Positions 37,642-49,446 of a stretch of DNA of 64,000 nt are shown here, piece after piece. Under the pieces are notes generated by a model. The model was given only the letters and a program-made list of their open reading frames with translations. It was not told where the DNA came from and did no database searches. Source of the stretch: Takakia lepidozioides. Lineage: Eukaryota > Plantae > Bryophyta. Position 1 is the first letter of the stretch, and the number at the start of each line of letters is the position of its first letter. The DNA is taken from positions 70,556,001 to 70,620,000 of the forward strand of contig CM060733.1 of the NCBI GenBank assembly GCA_030704615.1, in the 5' to 3' direction. A program made the translations under genes and the position numbers.

Positions 37642-38141
37642 NNNNNNNNNNNNNNNNNNNNNNNNNNNNNNNNNNNNNNNNNNNNNNNNNNNNNNNNNNN
37701 NNNNNNNNNNNNNNNNNNNNNNNNNNNNNNNNNNNNNNNNNNNNNNNNNNNNNNNNNNNNNNNNNNNNNNNNNNNNNNNNNNNNNNNNNNNNNNNNNNNN
37801 NNNNNNNNNNNNNNNNNNNNNNNNNNNNNNNNNNNNNNNNNNNNNNNNNNNNNNNNNNNNNNNNNNNNNNNNNNNNNNNNNNNNNNNNNNNNNNNNNNNN
37901 NNNNNNNNNNNNNNNNNNNNNNNNNNNNNNNNNNNNNNNNNNNNNNNNNNNNNNNNNNNNNNNNNNNNNNNNNNNNNNNNNNNNNNNNNNNNNNNNNNNN
38001 NNNNNNNNNNNNNNNNNNNNNNNNNNNNNNNNNNNNNNNNNNNNNNNNNNNNNNNNNNNNNNNNNNNNNNNNNNNNNNNNNNNNNNNNNNNNNNNNNNNN
38101 NNNNNNNNNNNNNNNNNNNNNNNNNNNNNNNNNNNNNNNNN
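37642..38141. other. Assembly gap (500 N)
   Basis: Run of N. The round size suggests a scaffolding join, so true adjacency is not guaranteed. Confidence 0.97.
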
Positions 38142-38143
38142 CT

Positions 38144-40160
38144 TCTCACTTCAGAGACTGTGGCTGGTACCTTGACTGCCCACCGGAGCACACGACCTTT
38201 CAAGAACAGCATATGAAATATTTGAACAATAATGCTGAGATGCTGGCGCATCTGACTGACGAAGAGTACCAAAGAAACATAGCAACATTTGCTGCCAAGG
38301 AGCTTGATGCTCAGGGAACGCCGCAGAAGGGAAAGAAGGCGGGCCGCAAACCAAAAGACAAGGCTCTTGATGTCATAGCCATCTCACCAGCAAAGCCAAA
38401 GGACAAATACAAGTCCAAAGAGAAGGAAAATGACAAGGGGAAGGAGAAAGAAAATGAGATGGAGAGTGGGCAGGACTTCACTGCTGGAAGATATACCCGC
38501 ACAGTTCAGTGCGTGTTCGATGCCAAGCCACACCCTTCCCGTTCTGATTCGGCAGAAGATATTAAAATTGTCAATGAGGGTTGGCTGTCGATGATGCATA
38601 GTCGAAAAAGAAGATACATTGGGGTGCCTTCGCCTACCTAGGACAACATAATCTCATTCCTCAATCTGGTGAGAATTCCAGTTTCTTTCTTTTTTTCTCT
38701 GAAAGTTTCATTGGCAGTATTTCAGTCTGGTTCTTTGAAAACATTCTTGTCATCGTTCTTAAAAAAAACATGTCTGTTGCAGGTGAGCACAGGTCCCACC
38801 TTCGTGTGCGGTGTGTAGAAAACATATGCGGCTGACATTGTGATTCTCGACATCCCGGATGGCCAGGCTGTGCCAGAAGTTCTTCCAAAGGACAAGACGC
38901 AAGGCTGGAACAAATTCGAGGACAACTACTGGAGTTGGGTGTTCGGGTTCTGTAATAATTTCCTCTCTGATGCAGGGACACTTCTGCTTTTTCAGTCATG
39001 TGACAAAGATAGTCGTCGGGCATTGGCATCATACTTGAAGTCTTCAAGGTTTGAAGTTTTGCGCACATGGAATTGTGTGAACAGCCTCTACCTTGTGAAA
39101 GGGGGTTTCCCTGGTCAGCTGGTAGGTCGTCTCCCTTCTGCTTGTGCTTTCATGATGAGTTTCAATGTTCTCTGCAGCTCCACTTTACCGATCATCACCG
39201 ATTCGTGATAAAAATGATTGTTTTGTGCCTGAGTTCTGAATAGCCGATGTACACACTTCCACTATAGATTGTGTTTACCACACTAACCTGCTATCTTTGG
39301 CAGACGAGGATGTTCGAGGCGATCTGCCTGCGGAGGATTCGCACCTCCAAGACACCATCCTCCATCCGCAGCTTTGAGATTTCTGACCAGAGTTGTTTCG
39401 TCAACCCCCCCTATGAGCCGCACGTCGATGACATTTTGTACAACTTCATGCAGTCCAGTCAGACTCTGAAGAGACCAGATGGCACTCCCTGGAGAGGTGC
39501 AAAGGAAAAATCCCCAGCGTTCATGCAAATACTGCTGGAGTCATGCAGCCACCACTCTGCACGGGTGGTCGATCTTTCTGTGTCCACAGGTTCGTTCTCT
39601 CCATTCCGAATTGATTTTCTTTCACCAGTTCCATCTGCTTAAATCCCCCCCACCAAACTGTTCATGTCCTCCTGTCTGGTGCAGGAGCAACTTACCATGC
39701 ATGCAAGGCAGGCGGAAGAAGCCTTTTTGGCATGGAGGGTGATTCTGACCTCTACAACATAGTGCTCATCCCCCTTTTGTCTGGCTCCACTTCAGGCATA
39801 CAGACTGATCGGATTCAAATTCGAAATGATGACGATCCCGAAGATAAGCAGGTCGACAATGACTTTTTATGTGAGTAAGTGCTAAACCCAATTTGGGAGT
39901 CATACTCAATTTCTCAATAACATCAAAGTTACAGTAATAACTTTTTCAGGCTGTCTTTCAGGAAAGGGAGCGGTGGATCTTCAGGAGATACAGTCATTTG
40001 TGGCGAGTCTGTTTTCAACAGCCCCCTTTCCAATTTTCTGCTTCCTGATTATGCCAAAGCAATGGCACTTCACACGGCCGAATCCCTATCCCCTGAATTT
40101 TTACTGCCCGGCCGTAGGTGTAGCCAGCGTAGATCCGGAGTTCTTAAATACTTAGACTTA
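38144..40160 (+). pseudogene. Spliced beta-class N4-C/N6-A DNA methyltransferase-like gene, copy 1
   Basis: Frame-preserving GT-AG introns at 38669-38782, 39122-39303 (CACTAAC branch point) and 39590-39684. The spliced product has ADIVILDIPDG...FLSDAGTLLLF and ...EKSPAFMQILLESCSHHSARVVDLSVSTGATYHACKAGGRSLFGMEGD. Two in-frame TAG stops (38639, 38816). Confidence 0.72.
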
Positions 40161-40739
40161 GATGCAGAGGAAGTGGGGAACATTGTACTGACTCTGAGTC
40201 AGACTGAACTATGTTCTTTTACTATTCTGTTTCATCATCTTTGGAAAACGTTGAATCCCCTTCCTCCACCGTAGTTGTTCCTTTGGAAAGAAAAATAATC
40301 AAAGAATCAACTACCATTTAAATTGCAATATGTATGAATCCATCTCACAAACCTCCCTCACTCTTGTCATATCCATTGTGCATTCATCTACAGTGTATTC
40401 ATGCGTGCTCCATTCATGAATGTTTTCCTTTGTTCAACATCCATTGTACATTCATCCTCTGTACTCTTTAATCCACCCCACAAACCTTCCACACTCATGT
40501 CATATACGTTGTGCATTCGTCTAAAGTTTTAGTCATGCATCTTCCTGTCATGAATGTTTGTCATTCCTCAACATCCATTATACATTCATCCATTTGACTC
40601 TTATCCATCCCTCATTCATCCATCTACATTCATTTTTCACACTCATCCATCTGTTTATCATCCAAATGTACATTCATCCATCCTTTATTCAATGTCTTTT
40701 ATTATGTCATCCAGCTTGTTTCCGCGGTAAATGGTGCCA

Positions 40740-40890
40740 ATCCGCGGGAATACACTCCACTTCTTCCTGGGCGCGTGGTGACGCGGTCTTCAAGTGTGAT
40801 GACGTGGAGTGAGCCCCGTGATGTGGCATTGGCGCAAGGTGACGTGGCGTGAGCGCAGTTGCGCTCACGTGACCAGGCTCACGCCGAGAC
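40740..40890. repeat. G-box/palindrome-rich subterminal-like region
   Basis: TGACGTGG repeats and the imperfect palindrome CGTGAGCGCAGTTGCGCTCACG, related to 1515-1538. Confidence 0.5.
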
Positions 40891-42684
40891 ATCCCTGGAA
40901 TGAAAATAACAACTCCCCCACACCAAAAACAACTCCACAGTGTCGCTCCTGCAACCCAGCCCAAACCCGGACTGACTCTTGCCTCCACCTACGGAAAGGT
41001 CTCGGCCTACAGAGAAGGTGGAAAGCTACGAGGAAGGGAAACTAAAGCAATGCCTATCCCCAGCACGCTCTCATCCCAACACCCTCTTTTTTCCTCTCTT
41101 CTCTCACTTGCATGACCATGAGAACATCCTGTAGACACTCCTCAAACCGCCCTCCACGAGCTCATGAAACTTGGCCTCCAAGGCCCCATGCAAGCCTCCA
41201 CAGGGTCCGCCAGTGCCTCCTTACGTCCACCAGTCATTCCTTAGAATGGAACCACCTCAGGAAACCACGCCGTTCACTGAAGGTTAAAAAATGGAGCAAA
41301 TAGAGGTACATATAGGCCCCAACAACATTCTGTCCAAAGGAATTACCTGCAGGCTGGTCTCCCCCATAGTTAAGAATTGGGCTGAAAACCAGAAAAGATT
41401 ACCTGCAGGGGAGTAATCCCCTTTGTTAAAACGCAACAGGGAGGCAATTCCGACTTTTCTGCCGGATCAGCTAGCTCAAAACCATTGTTCTTCAGAGCCC
41501 AGCCTCCCCATCAAGGTCCCACGAAACGAGTGAATTTTTTTTTTTAAAAAAAATTTTCTCACTTTGCTTGTTCGCGGCCGTCCGTGGCTCCAACCGCCAC
41601 TACTCCTCACGGCCCGCCCTAGGCACTTGTTGGCCACGGGCTGCCCAGTGATACCCCGTGGTACCACTCCCACGAGCCTTCACGGCCCGCCATCCCCACG
41701 ATCTGGTCACCGTGCCCACCCGTTGTGTCCGCACCACGACTTCCAACGGTCACGGTCAACCATCACGACCTGGGCTCGTGATATCTCGTGATACCGCCCC
41801 AACGGCCCATCATGGCCACTGTTCTCTGTTCCTTGGAACTCCCAACGAGTTCCTATGCGTTCCCGAGGCGTTCCCGAGCTGGGGTTTGCTCCTGCACCTG
41901 CTGCCGACGAGCTATGGCTTCTGCGAAGCCCCCAGACCTGCTGCCATGCTCTCATGGGCTCTCACGACCCACCAAAGGCACCCTAAACTCAACAAGCAAG
42001 CATTATGCTGCCCAACAAGCTCCATTTCTTCATGAAGCCCACAAAAACGAATCTGAAAATACAACCTTGGTGTACCTGCAGTTCTACTGCACATCCCCTG
42101 GCTCTAGGACGCCTCGTTGCTGCCCTTCCAGCCCCGCTCTTGCCACTCCAAGAGCCCTTACACTGCTGAGTTTCAGATTGAAACTCCAACTCAGCACATG
42201 CTTCACAAGTGCATTGCTTTGCACACAAGAGGGACCAACCCCCTCTCTTCACTCATACCTCTTCATGAGCTTGGAGCTGAAGCTCCCAACGGGTTGCGAT
42301 GCATCCCCCTCGTAGCTCCACCATTCGGCTGCTCCTCATCTATCCGCAACAACTAGTTTCGGGCAGAAATACCTGGAGCTGATCATATCATCTCCAACCT
42401 GCAACATGTTAGCTTCCCATGCGTAGCCCACATTTTTGCAGCTCCTTAACTCGGCCTGCAGCTGAAGAAGATAACCACCAGTTCGCCCACTCGTGGCCAG
42501 CATCTCCTCCGCTTCACACTAGAAGCCCAAACTTGGTTGCCATAGCGTTGAGCTATGCAACACTGACCGCCTCTCTATCCATTGCAAACTTGCAACCTAT
42601 TCGCCTTTGCACTCTATCTGCTTTGGATAGGCTCATGCATGGATCCATGCACTCTAGGCTGAACCGCTTCTCATGATCTGAAAA

Positions 42685-43060
42685 CACAAATGCTACAACT
42701 AACTCGAACCTGGCACTCACAGACTCGAACTCATCTTTCTCGAGTGATAAGGAAATGAATGATACAAGCACACAAGCTCTCGCAAACTCACATACTTGCA
42801 CATGAAAACATCACTCATATATTAAGTCGAGCCAAGTGCACCCCACGCCATGGGGAATCCACACCACAGCGCCATAGCTAGCGCGGTGAGGCTCAACTCG
42901 AGAAAGATGAGCCCACCGCGATCTGCCGTGAAGATTACAATGTCAGGTGCCCAAACATGTATTGGCCCCTGGATTGACACTTGGGTCAATCCCAAATGTC
43001 AATATATAAAAGCTAGCTATTTCCTAGCTAACTTCACACTAGTGGTAAAATAACTTGACA
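42685..43060 (-). repeat. Chromovirus 3' LTR (part shared with 56098-56486)
   Basis: On the minus strand a purine tract AGGAAGATAA precedes TGTCAAGTT at 43060. Strong similarity to 56098-56486, which ends at the same base. Confidence 0.75.
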
Positions 43061-44389
43061 TTATCTTCCTAGTAAAAAAGGATTAAAGGTGAACCCTTGC
43101 TCAAGGTGATGCCAAAAAGCGGCATCATGAGTGATCGCAAGCAATGTTGTTGCAGTAAGGCGATTCGATCCTCGGGGATGATCGTTCCTTGGCCTTGAAG
43201 TGGGCCAAGAAGAGTGCACTGGGTGGAGCTGGAGAGGCTCCACCCTTGGCCGGGACTTGGAGGAAGTCGGCGGAACTAGCTAGTGGAGAGTAGAGTCAAG
43301 TGGGGGTTTGGTTCTTTGCCATGGGATGCCATGGTACGGAAACAAACTTCTTGATGTGGGATGCCACAACTTGGATATTAGTTTCTACAAAATGGACAAG
43401 TCGATGAGGACATCGACTCCCTGTTGGTAGGGGTGTGTGTCGCGGCCATTTGCCTTGAGGGCAGGGGGTCGGGACACAAAAGGGGCTGCCCTGGTGGTGG
43501 GGGCAGTGGCAACAATAGATACGGGGGCTGAAGCACCCTTGAGTACCCAAGGCACTCAAGGAGGCGGAGGCGCTCATTAGGTGGAGCCCCGCACACCAGG
43601 TTGCGGTGGGGGTGGGTCCACGAGGGGTGGTGGTAGCTTAGTGGGTCATAGTGGGGGTGACATAGGACTCACCATGGGGCGGAGATCTTGTGGTGGGAGT
43701 CGTGGGGAGTCTTGGGTCTCATCACGGTCCAATGGGGCCGTGGTGGGTGGGCCAAGACTCACCGCGACTCATCACCGGGAATCAAGGGTCTTTGTGGTGG
43801 TTCGCCATAAAATGACTGGGTTGTTTGTGAAACCCCCGCAGACAGTCACATAAGTATATATAGGGAGTAGTAACCCCGAGAATGGTGCAAGCCCATTGGT
43901 GACCAAAAACTAATGAGTAAGCGTGCGAGCCGGAAAGCGACCAAGGAGTGGGGAGCTGTTCCGGACTGCCAACAACCAAAGGGAATTTCCACTAGGCCCA
44001 AAGTGAGCGAGGGTCTTGTGGAGGAGCAAAGGGGGACCGTTATGTCTCGGTGAGTAGCCGAAGCTCCGAGTTGGCCCGGCGGCCAGTTTGGGAGTTAGGC
44101 GCACGCATCAAAGTGACTATGACTTGAAGGAGAGCTTACCAAAGTGAGGTGCACGACACAATTAATCCAATTTACCACTCCCACTTTTGTAAGCTAGCAT
44201 GCATTCTACACACTAGCCAACCATACCATGCATCACCATTCCAAACAAAATAGGAAGCACAACATTTGGAAACCATTTCATTTATAAACAAAATTTGTAC
44301 AACACAAGTTTTTGCAATCGGATTCCTGAGCTAGCTAAGCCGGACTAAGCATGCATTTCCTCCCCCACGATCCAAGGTTGATGTCCCCA

Positions 44390-45393
44390 TCAACGCTTCT
44401 TCCGCTTCTGAGGTCGCCCTTCGAAAGCTGCAACTGCCTCGGATGTGTTTCCCATTTCTGAGGCACGTACCCAAGTTGCCTCCACTTGATGATAGCCCTT
44501 CCATTTCACGAGATACTTTGTTTCTCGATTCTTGAACCTCCTCGACTTAAGCATTGCCTCCACCTCGTACTCAGGTTGATTTTCATGATCCAACAGCACA
44601 GGTGGCGGACGCAACACTTGATGCCGATTCGGACGCGCTTTATCTTTGAAGTAAGGCTTCAAAAGGGAAACGTGGAATACCGGATGCACCTTGCTGTTTG
44701 CCGACAAGTCCAATTCATACACATCCTCATTCATAACCTTCCGGATGCAAAAAGGCCCCGCATACGGAGGTATAAACTTTGGACTCACTTCCGGAGGTAG
44801 TCAAAAATTCTTGATGTTCAACCAGACCTCCGTGCCTGCCTCAAACTTAACTTCCGTCCGCTTCCGATTCTCTTGCCGTTCATACCATTTCCTAGCTTTG
44901 GCAATGTTGCGAGCTCCAACAAACGCTTGCGTTCTTCCAGCACCGTTGTTGCTGCCGGTTCCTCAACGTCCTAGGCGGCCCAACTTGTCGGCGCCAGAGG
45001 TGCTTTTCCATAGACCAATATGAAAGGGGAAACTCCCGTTGCGGAGTGTTTTGTGTTATTATAACAGAACTCTGCCGCATCTAAGTGCTCCACCCAGTCT
45101 GGCTGGTCTGCCACATAATTTCGCAAGATCTGCTTTACCACAGAATTCACTCTTTCCGTTTGGCCGTCCGTTGTAGGTCGGAAGGCCGTGCTCATCTTGA
45201 GCCTCGTCCCCATTTTCTTCCAAAGTTCTCTCCAAAATTTACTTGTAAACTTTGGATCGCAGTCCGAGACAATATCCTTCGGGAGTCCATGATGCTTGAA
45301 GATGTGGGCGAAGTAAAGTTGCCCCGTCTCCTGCGCCGTTGTCATCTCCTTGGTGGGAACAAAGAAAATATATATGGTCTCAATGGAATTCAA
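44390..45393 (-). pseudogene. Chromovirus integrase core, GPY/F motif and chromodomain
   Basis: IVSDCDPKFTSKFW...TDGQTERVN; PYAGPF; EYEVEAML...YLVKWKGY...ATW. Confidence 0.92.
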
Positions 45394-48049
45394 CTACCAA
45401 TTAGATAATGTCCGAAGAAGACTGCAACGACAGTATCCTTCAAGGAGATAGCAAAAATCATACTTGGCAATCCATGCATAGACCCACTCTCCTGGGTAGT
45501 TGGCACCAACTTCATAATTAACATATGGGAAAATGCGGCTCCCTTTGCTGATCATGTCGACTTGTGTGTGACCTGTCTCTTTGCAGCACACTCAGCCTGT
45601 CCTCCAACAGTCCGCAAAAGATAAGTTCTCTCTTGCTTCTCTTTTTTGCTCTGTTGTGTATCTTTCCTTTGTTCATGACATCTGTGATTCCTCATGGAAT
45701 GCGATGTCCTTAGGTTGATCTCATCTTGGTAGCTCCCATGCTTCCCGACTAACTTCATTTCCTTGGTTTGCCTTGTGACGTGCACAGATTTCTCTCACAA
45801 CACCACCCTCTGGTCTTCTTGCTGCTTCAGTTTTGCTAACAACCACCATTTGCTCAACCTCCGAAACTTCCAAGCCAAGTTCCATGGCAACCCTTGTTGT
45901 GCAGTGATATGCCTCATCTGCGTTTGTTCTTGTGCCTGAGATTGTGACTCACGACTTTTGACTGGGAAGTACACCCTCCATAACTCAGCTCCCTTGAGAT
46001 GGAGTTCTTTGACAGTTTTTCCCCAACTCTTGATTACCTCATACGTGGCCTTCACTATCATTTCCATGTCTCTCTGAGATCTCTCATTGGGAGCTATGGT
46101 CTATATGGTATCTATAAATTTTTCCTTAATCCATAAAACCAGTTCTATGATGTTAATTAGAGCCTTTGCTATGTTGTCAAGTATCCATGCTCTCAATGGT
46201 TGCTTTCCTCTCACAATGATAGGGTTTTGACCCTGCATTCACCAGAAGGAAGTTTGTCCTTTATGACTCGGGAAACAACTTATTTTGAGTCGAAAGTCAA
46301 AAAATCAGGATCGACTTTGACTCGTAAAAGACTAGTTACAACAGACATCCCAGTTGGATCGGACATGCCAATGGTTGAGTGGTATCGGACATATGTAAGA
46401 TTGACTGCTATGCAATTATTGCATGAGAACCACGTGGCATATCTAGGCGGTTCGCCCGTGTGTCTGACTTTCAAGTTGATTTTGTATTTTGACTTCGTAT
46501 GATTGACTTGACTCACCGGAAAAGGGTGACAGATGGATGCGGACGGACGTGGACGCAGACGTGGCATCGCCGCGACGAAGCACATGGAATGCACATACTT
46601 GGCTATGTGCAGACACGTGGCCGCACAGCCAAGGCACCACGTGGTAGTCGAGCACATAACTCGCAGTGCTAAATGTCAAGTAGCACATGCGACAGGGAAA
46701 GTCGGCGCAACCACTGGTTTACTACTTTAAATGAAGTGCTCAAAATTACTTGAACAATCATTCATAGTGGTTCATGCTCTGAAATTAGTGAGCCAACTAC
46801 TACATACGCATGTAATGCCATGCAAGAGAACTGATCATGTCATTAGAAATGCGAAAATGATGAAAAACCAGTAGTTCTCCTGGACAGCAAATAGATAAAA
46901 GAAGGGGTTAGCATGTATGACCCACTAGGATGTGGTGAAGAGCTGAAAATTGTCCCAAGTAACACAAATAGCAAAGGAGGAAATGCCGGCAAAAAACACA
47001 AAAAGGGAGGGCAAAGCTCACATGGAGCAAGGGTTGTGCAATCGAGGGATGATCGAGGGAGGTCTGAAAACGTGGGGGCAGAACTGAAATGTCCATGCAG
47101 TAAGGAGGGTGAAAAAGAAGGAGAGCAAAGGACTAGGCATAAATGCTACAAAGCACATATGGGAGGTGGCAGGAGCTGTCCACAAAACATGTGATCAGAT
47201 ACATTAAGAATCTCATAAATTAGGCAGCAAGCAAAAAAAGTGTGGGGCCAACATGGACGGGGAGTTGAGATTCTGCAAAATGGAGGATAATATTCAAAAG
47301 TCAGCAACAGGAGTTGAAAGAACGAGAGCAACACACCAGATTTGGGAGCAACCTTTGTGTGGAGACAACTGGCCCAAAAGTAGCAACGGAGACAATAATA
47401 CTCAGAAGCCAACATCAACATCAATGACAACAATCTGGAATTTTTGGAGGCGGCAGCAAAGGTATGAGTTTAAGACGGAAATTGACACAATGGAGGTGTC
47501 CTATGCGCATATCAGTAACATGGAGACAGACATAAGAAGGGACAGCAAAGAAGAGACATAAAGAAGGGAATATTGTAGCAAGTGAGGCGATTGCAGCTGT
47601 ATGAGGAAGGAAAATTTGACGAGACAAGGGTAGAGGCAAGCATGGAGCAGAAAATGTTTATCATAGGAGCCTTGTGGGGAGTCATGAACAGTAGAGGTCA
47701 CAATGGGATAAGTGATGTTTCAGCCACCATCAACACGAAACCAACGCCATCAAAGGTAATCAGGAAGGATGAGCACCAGCCCTGTGACACAGTACAAGAG
47801 CAAATGAGTGAACATGAGAAGGAGAGTAAGCAAAACAAGGGTCAACAAAGAGCAAGATTTTCAAGAGGAACGAAGGATGAAGGAAATTATGAAGGACGGG
47901 GAAAGAAAAAGAAGGAAGAACGGGAGTCAGAGTTCATAACTGGATCAGCAAGGAGAAGGAAGCAAACAAGACTGCTAGTGGTGCCTTGTGGATACCCACC
48001 ATGCATATTCTGCAGCCAAAATTGCCCCAAACTATGTCGCGGAGTCCCG

Positions 48050-48950
48050 TTCATCCCACTTGAGAATAGATGTTGCCGCACAACCATCTCCACATTGCAA
48101 TGGACTCTGCAGGCACCAAGCAAGGCCCTCCACACCACAGAGTTTGGTTTGATTGGCATTTTGTTAATGAAGTCCTCTGCCTCATCCAATCGCCCCGCAC
48201 AGCCAAGAAGGTCCACCATGCAGCCAAAGTGCTCCAAAGCTGGAGTGATACAGATCTTGACTCATGACGTTGAAGTAATATTTGCTTTCATCCACTAGGC
48301 CGGCATGGCTACATGCAGAGAGAACACACATAAAAGTGATATTGTCCAACTTCAATCCTTCCACTTGTATTTCTTTCAACAGTTGCAGGGCCTCCATATA
48401 TCACAACCATGCTGGGCATCTGCAATCATTGCATTTTAGGACACCAGATTTCGTTCAGCCATATTGTCGAACACTCGTTTTGCATCCTTAATGCTACCCC
48501 TTTGGCATACGTGATGTCCACCAGGGTACTGTTCAGAATGACATCCGGTACAATTCCAGCCTCAAGATGATGTCACCATGGACCTCTTTGCCCTTTTCCA
48601 GGGCTGCCAGGTTTGCACATGCATTGCAAACACAAATGAATGTGACCCGGTTAGGCTGCACCCCTTTCCGCAAAATTTGCTCATATGTCTCTAATGCCTT
48701 AATCATCTCACACCCATGCTAGCCATATCCTGCGATCATCGTGTTTCATGAGACAACATCTCGTTCAGCCATGTTGTAAACTCTACCTTCGCAGCTTCGA
48801 TGCTGCCACATTTGGCATACATGTCCACCAGGGTATTGTTCGGAATGACATATGGTACAATTCCAGCTTTGATGATGTCACCATGGACCTCTTTGCCCTT
48901 TTGCAGGGCTGCTAGGCTCGCACACGCATTGCATATACAAACCAACGTGA
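48050..48950 (-). pseudogene. PLS-class PPR fragment
   Basis: [12 protein letters not shown]; TFMCVLSACSHAGLVDE; [24 protein letters not shown]...VW.ALLGACR.H. Confidence 0.88.
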
Positions 48951-49446
48951 CCAGGTCTGGCTTATAGTAATGCTTCAGCTTTCCTGATATCCTTTCGTCC
49001 TACGCAGCCCAACTTGAGAATTAGGGCTTCCGTTCATTTTGTCTTTAAACTCTCTTACCGGCTGGCTGGAGCCCAAAGGATCCCTGGCCATCCTTAGTTC
49101 AAAGCACAGACCTTCCCTCTCCACCAAATACATGGGCATCGAGAAGACAATCCAAAAGCTGTGATGCATCCTCTTCCAAGCAGCTAATTACACTATACCT
49201 ACAACCCCACATCTTAGTCTTCGTCCCCTGCGCACTGCCAAGGGGATGCCGCTCTCAGCTCCATAGCTCAGCCCTTTAATCCACTGCATGACGCGAGGCT
49301 TCTTGGAAGACCAAAGTGGGAGGACAGGGCTGTGGTACAAGCCCTCTACGGACAGAGGCAGGAGTATTGTCATTAGATTGCAGAACAAAGTCTACTGCAT
49401 AAAAATGCAATTGAAAATATTCAAATGATGGATTCACTTTGCCCCA

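Noticed and set aside
37610-38272. ORFs spanning the N gap
   Set aside because: Artefacts of translating Ns.
40900-44380. Many overlapping 60-175 aa ORFs
   Set aside because: GC-rich LTR and 3' UTR sequence of the chromovirus, with no domain signal.
45394-48050. Genes in short ORFs such as 47253-47561 and 47582-48298
   Set aside because: No recognisable motifs. This is fragmented, purine-rich, decayed TE-like sequence, partly antisense to the PPR fragment.
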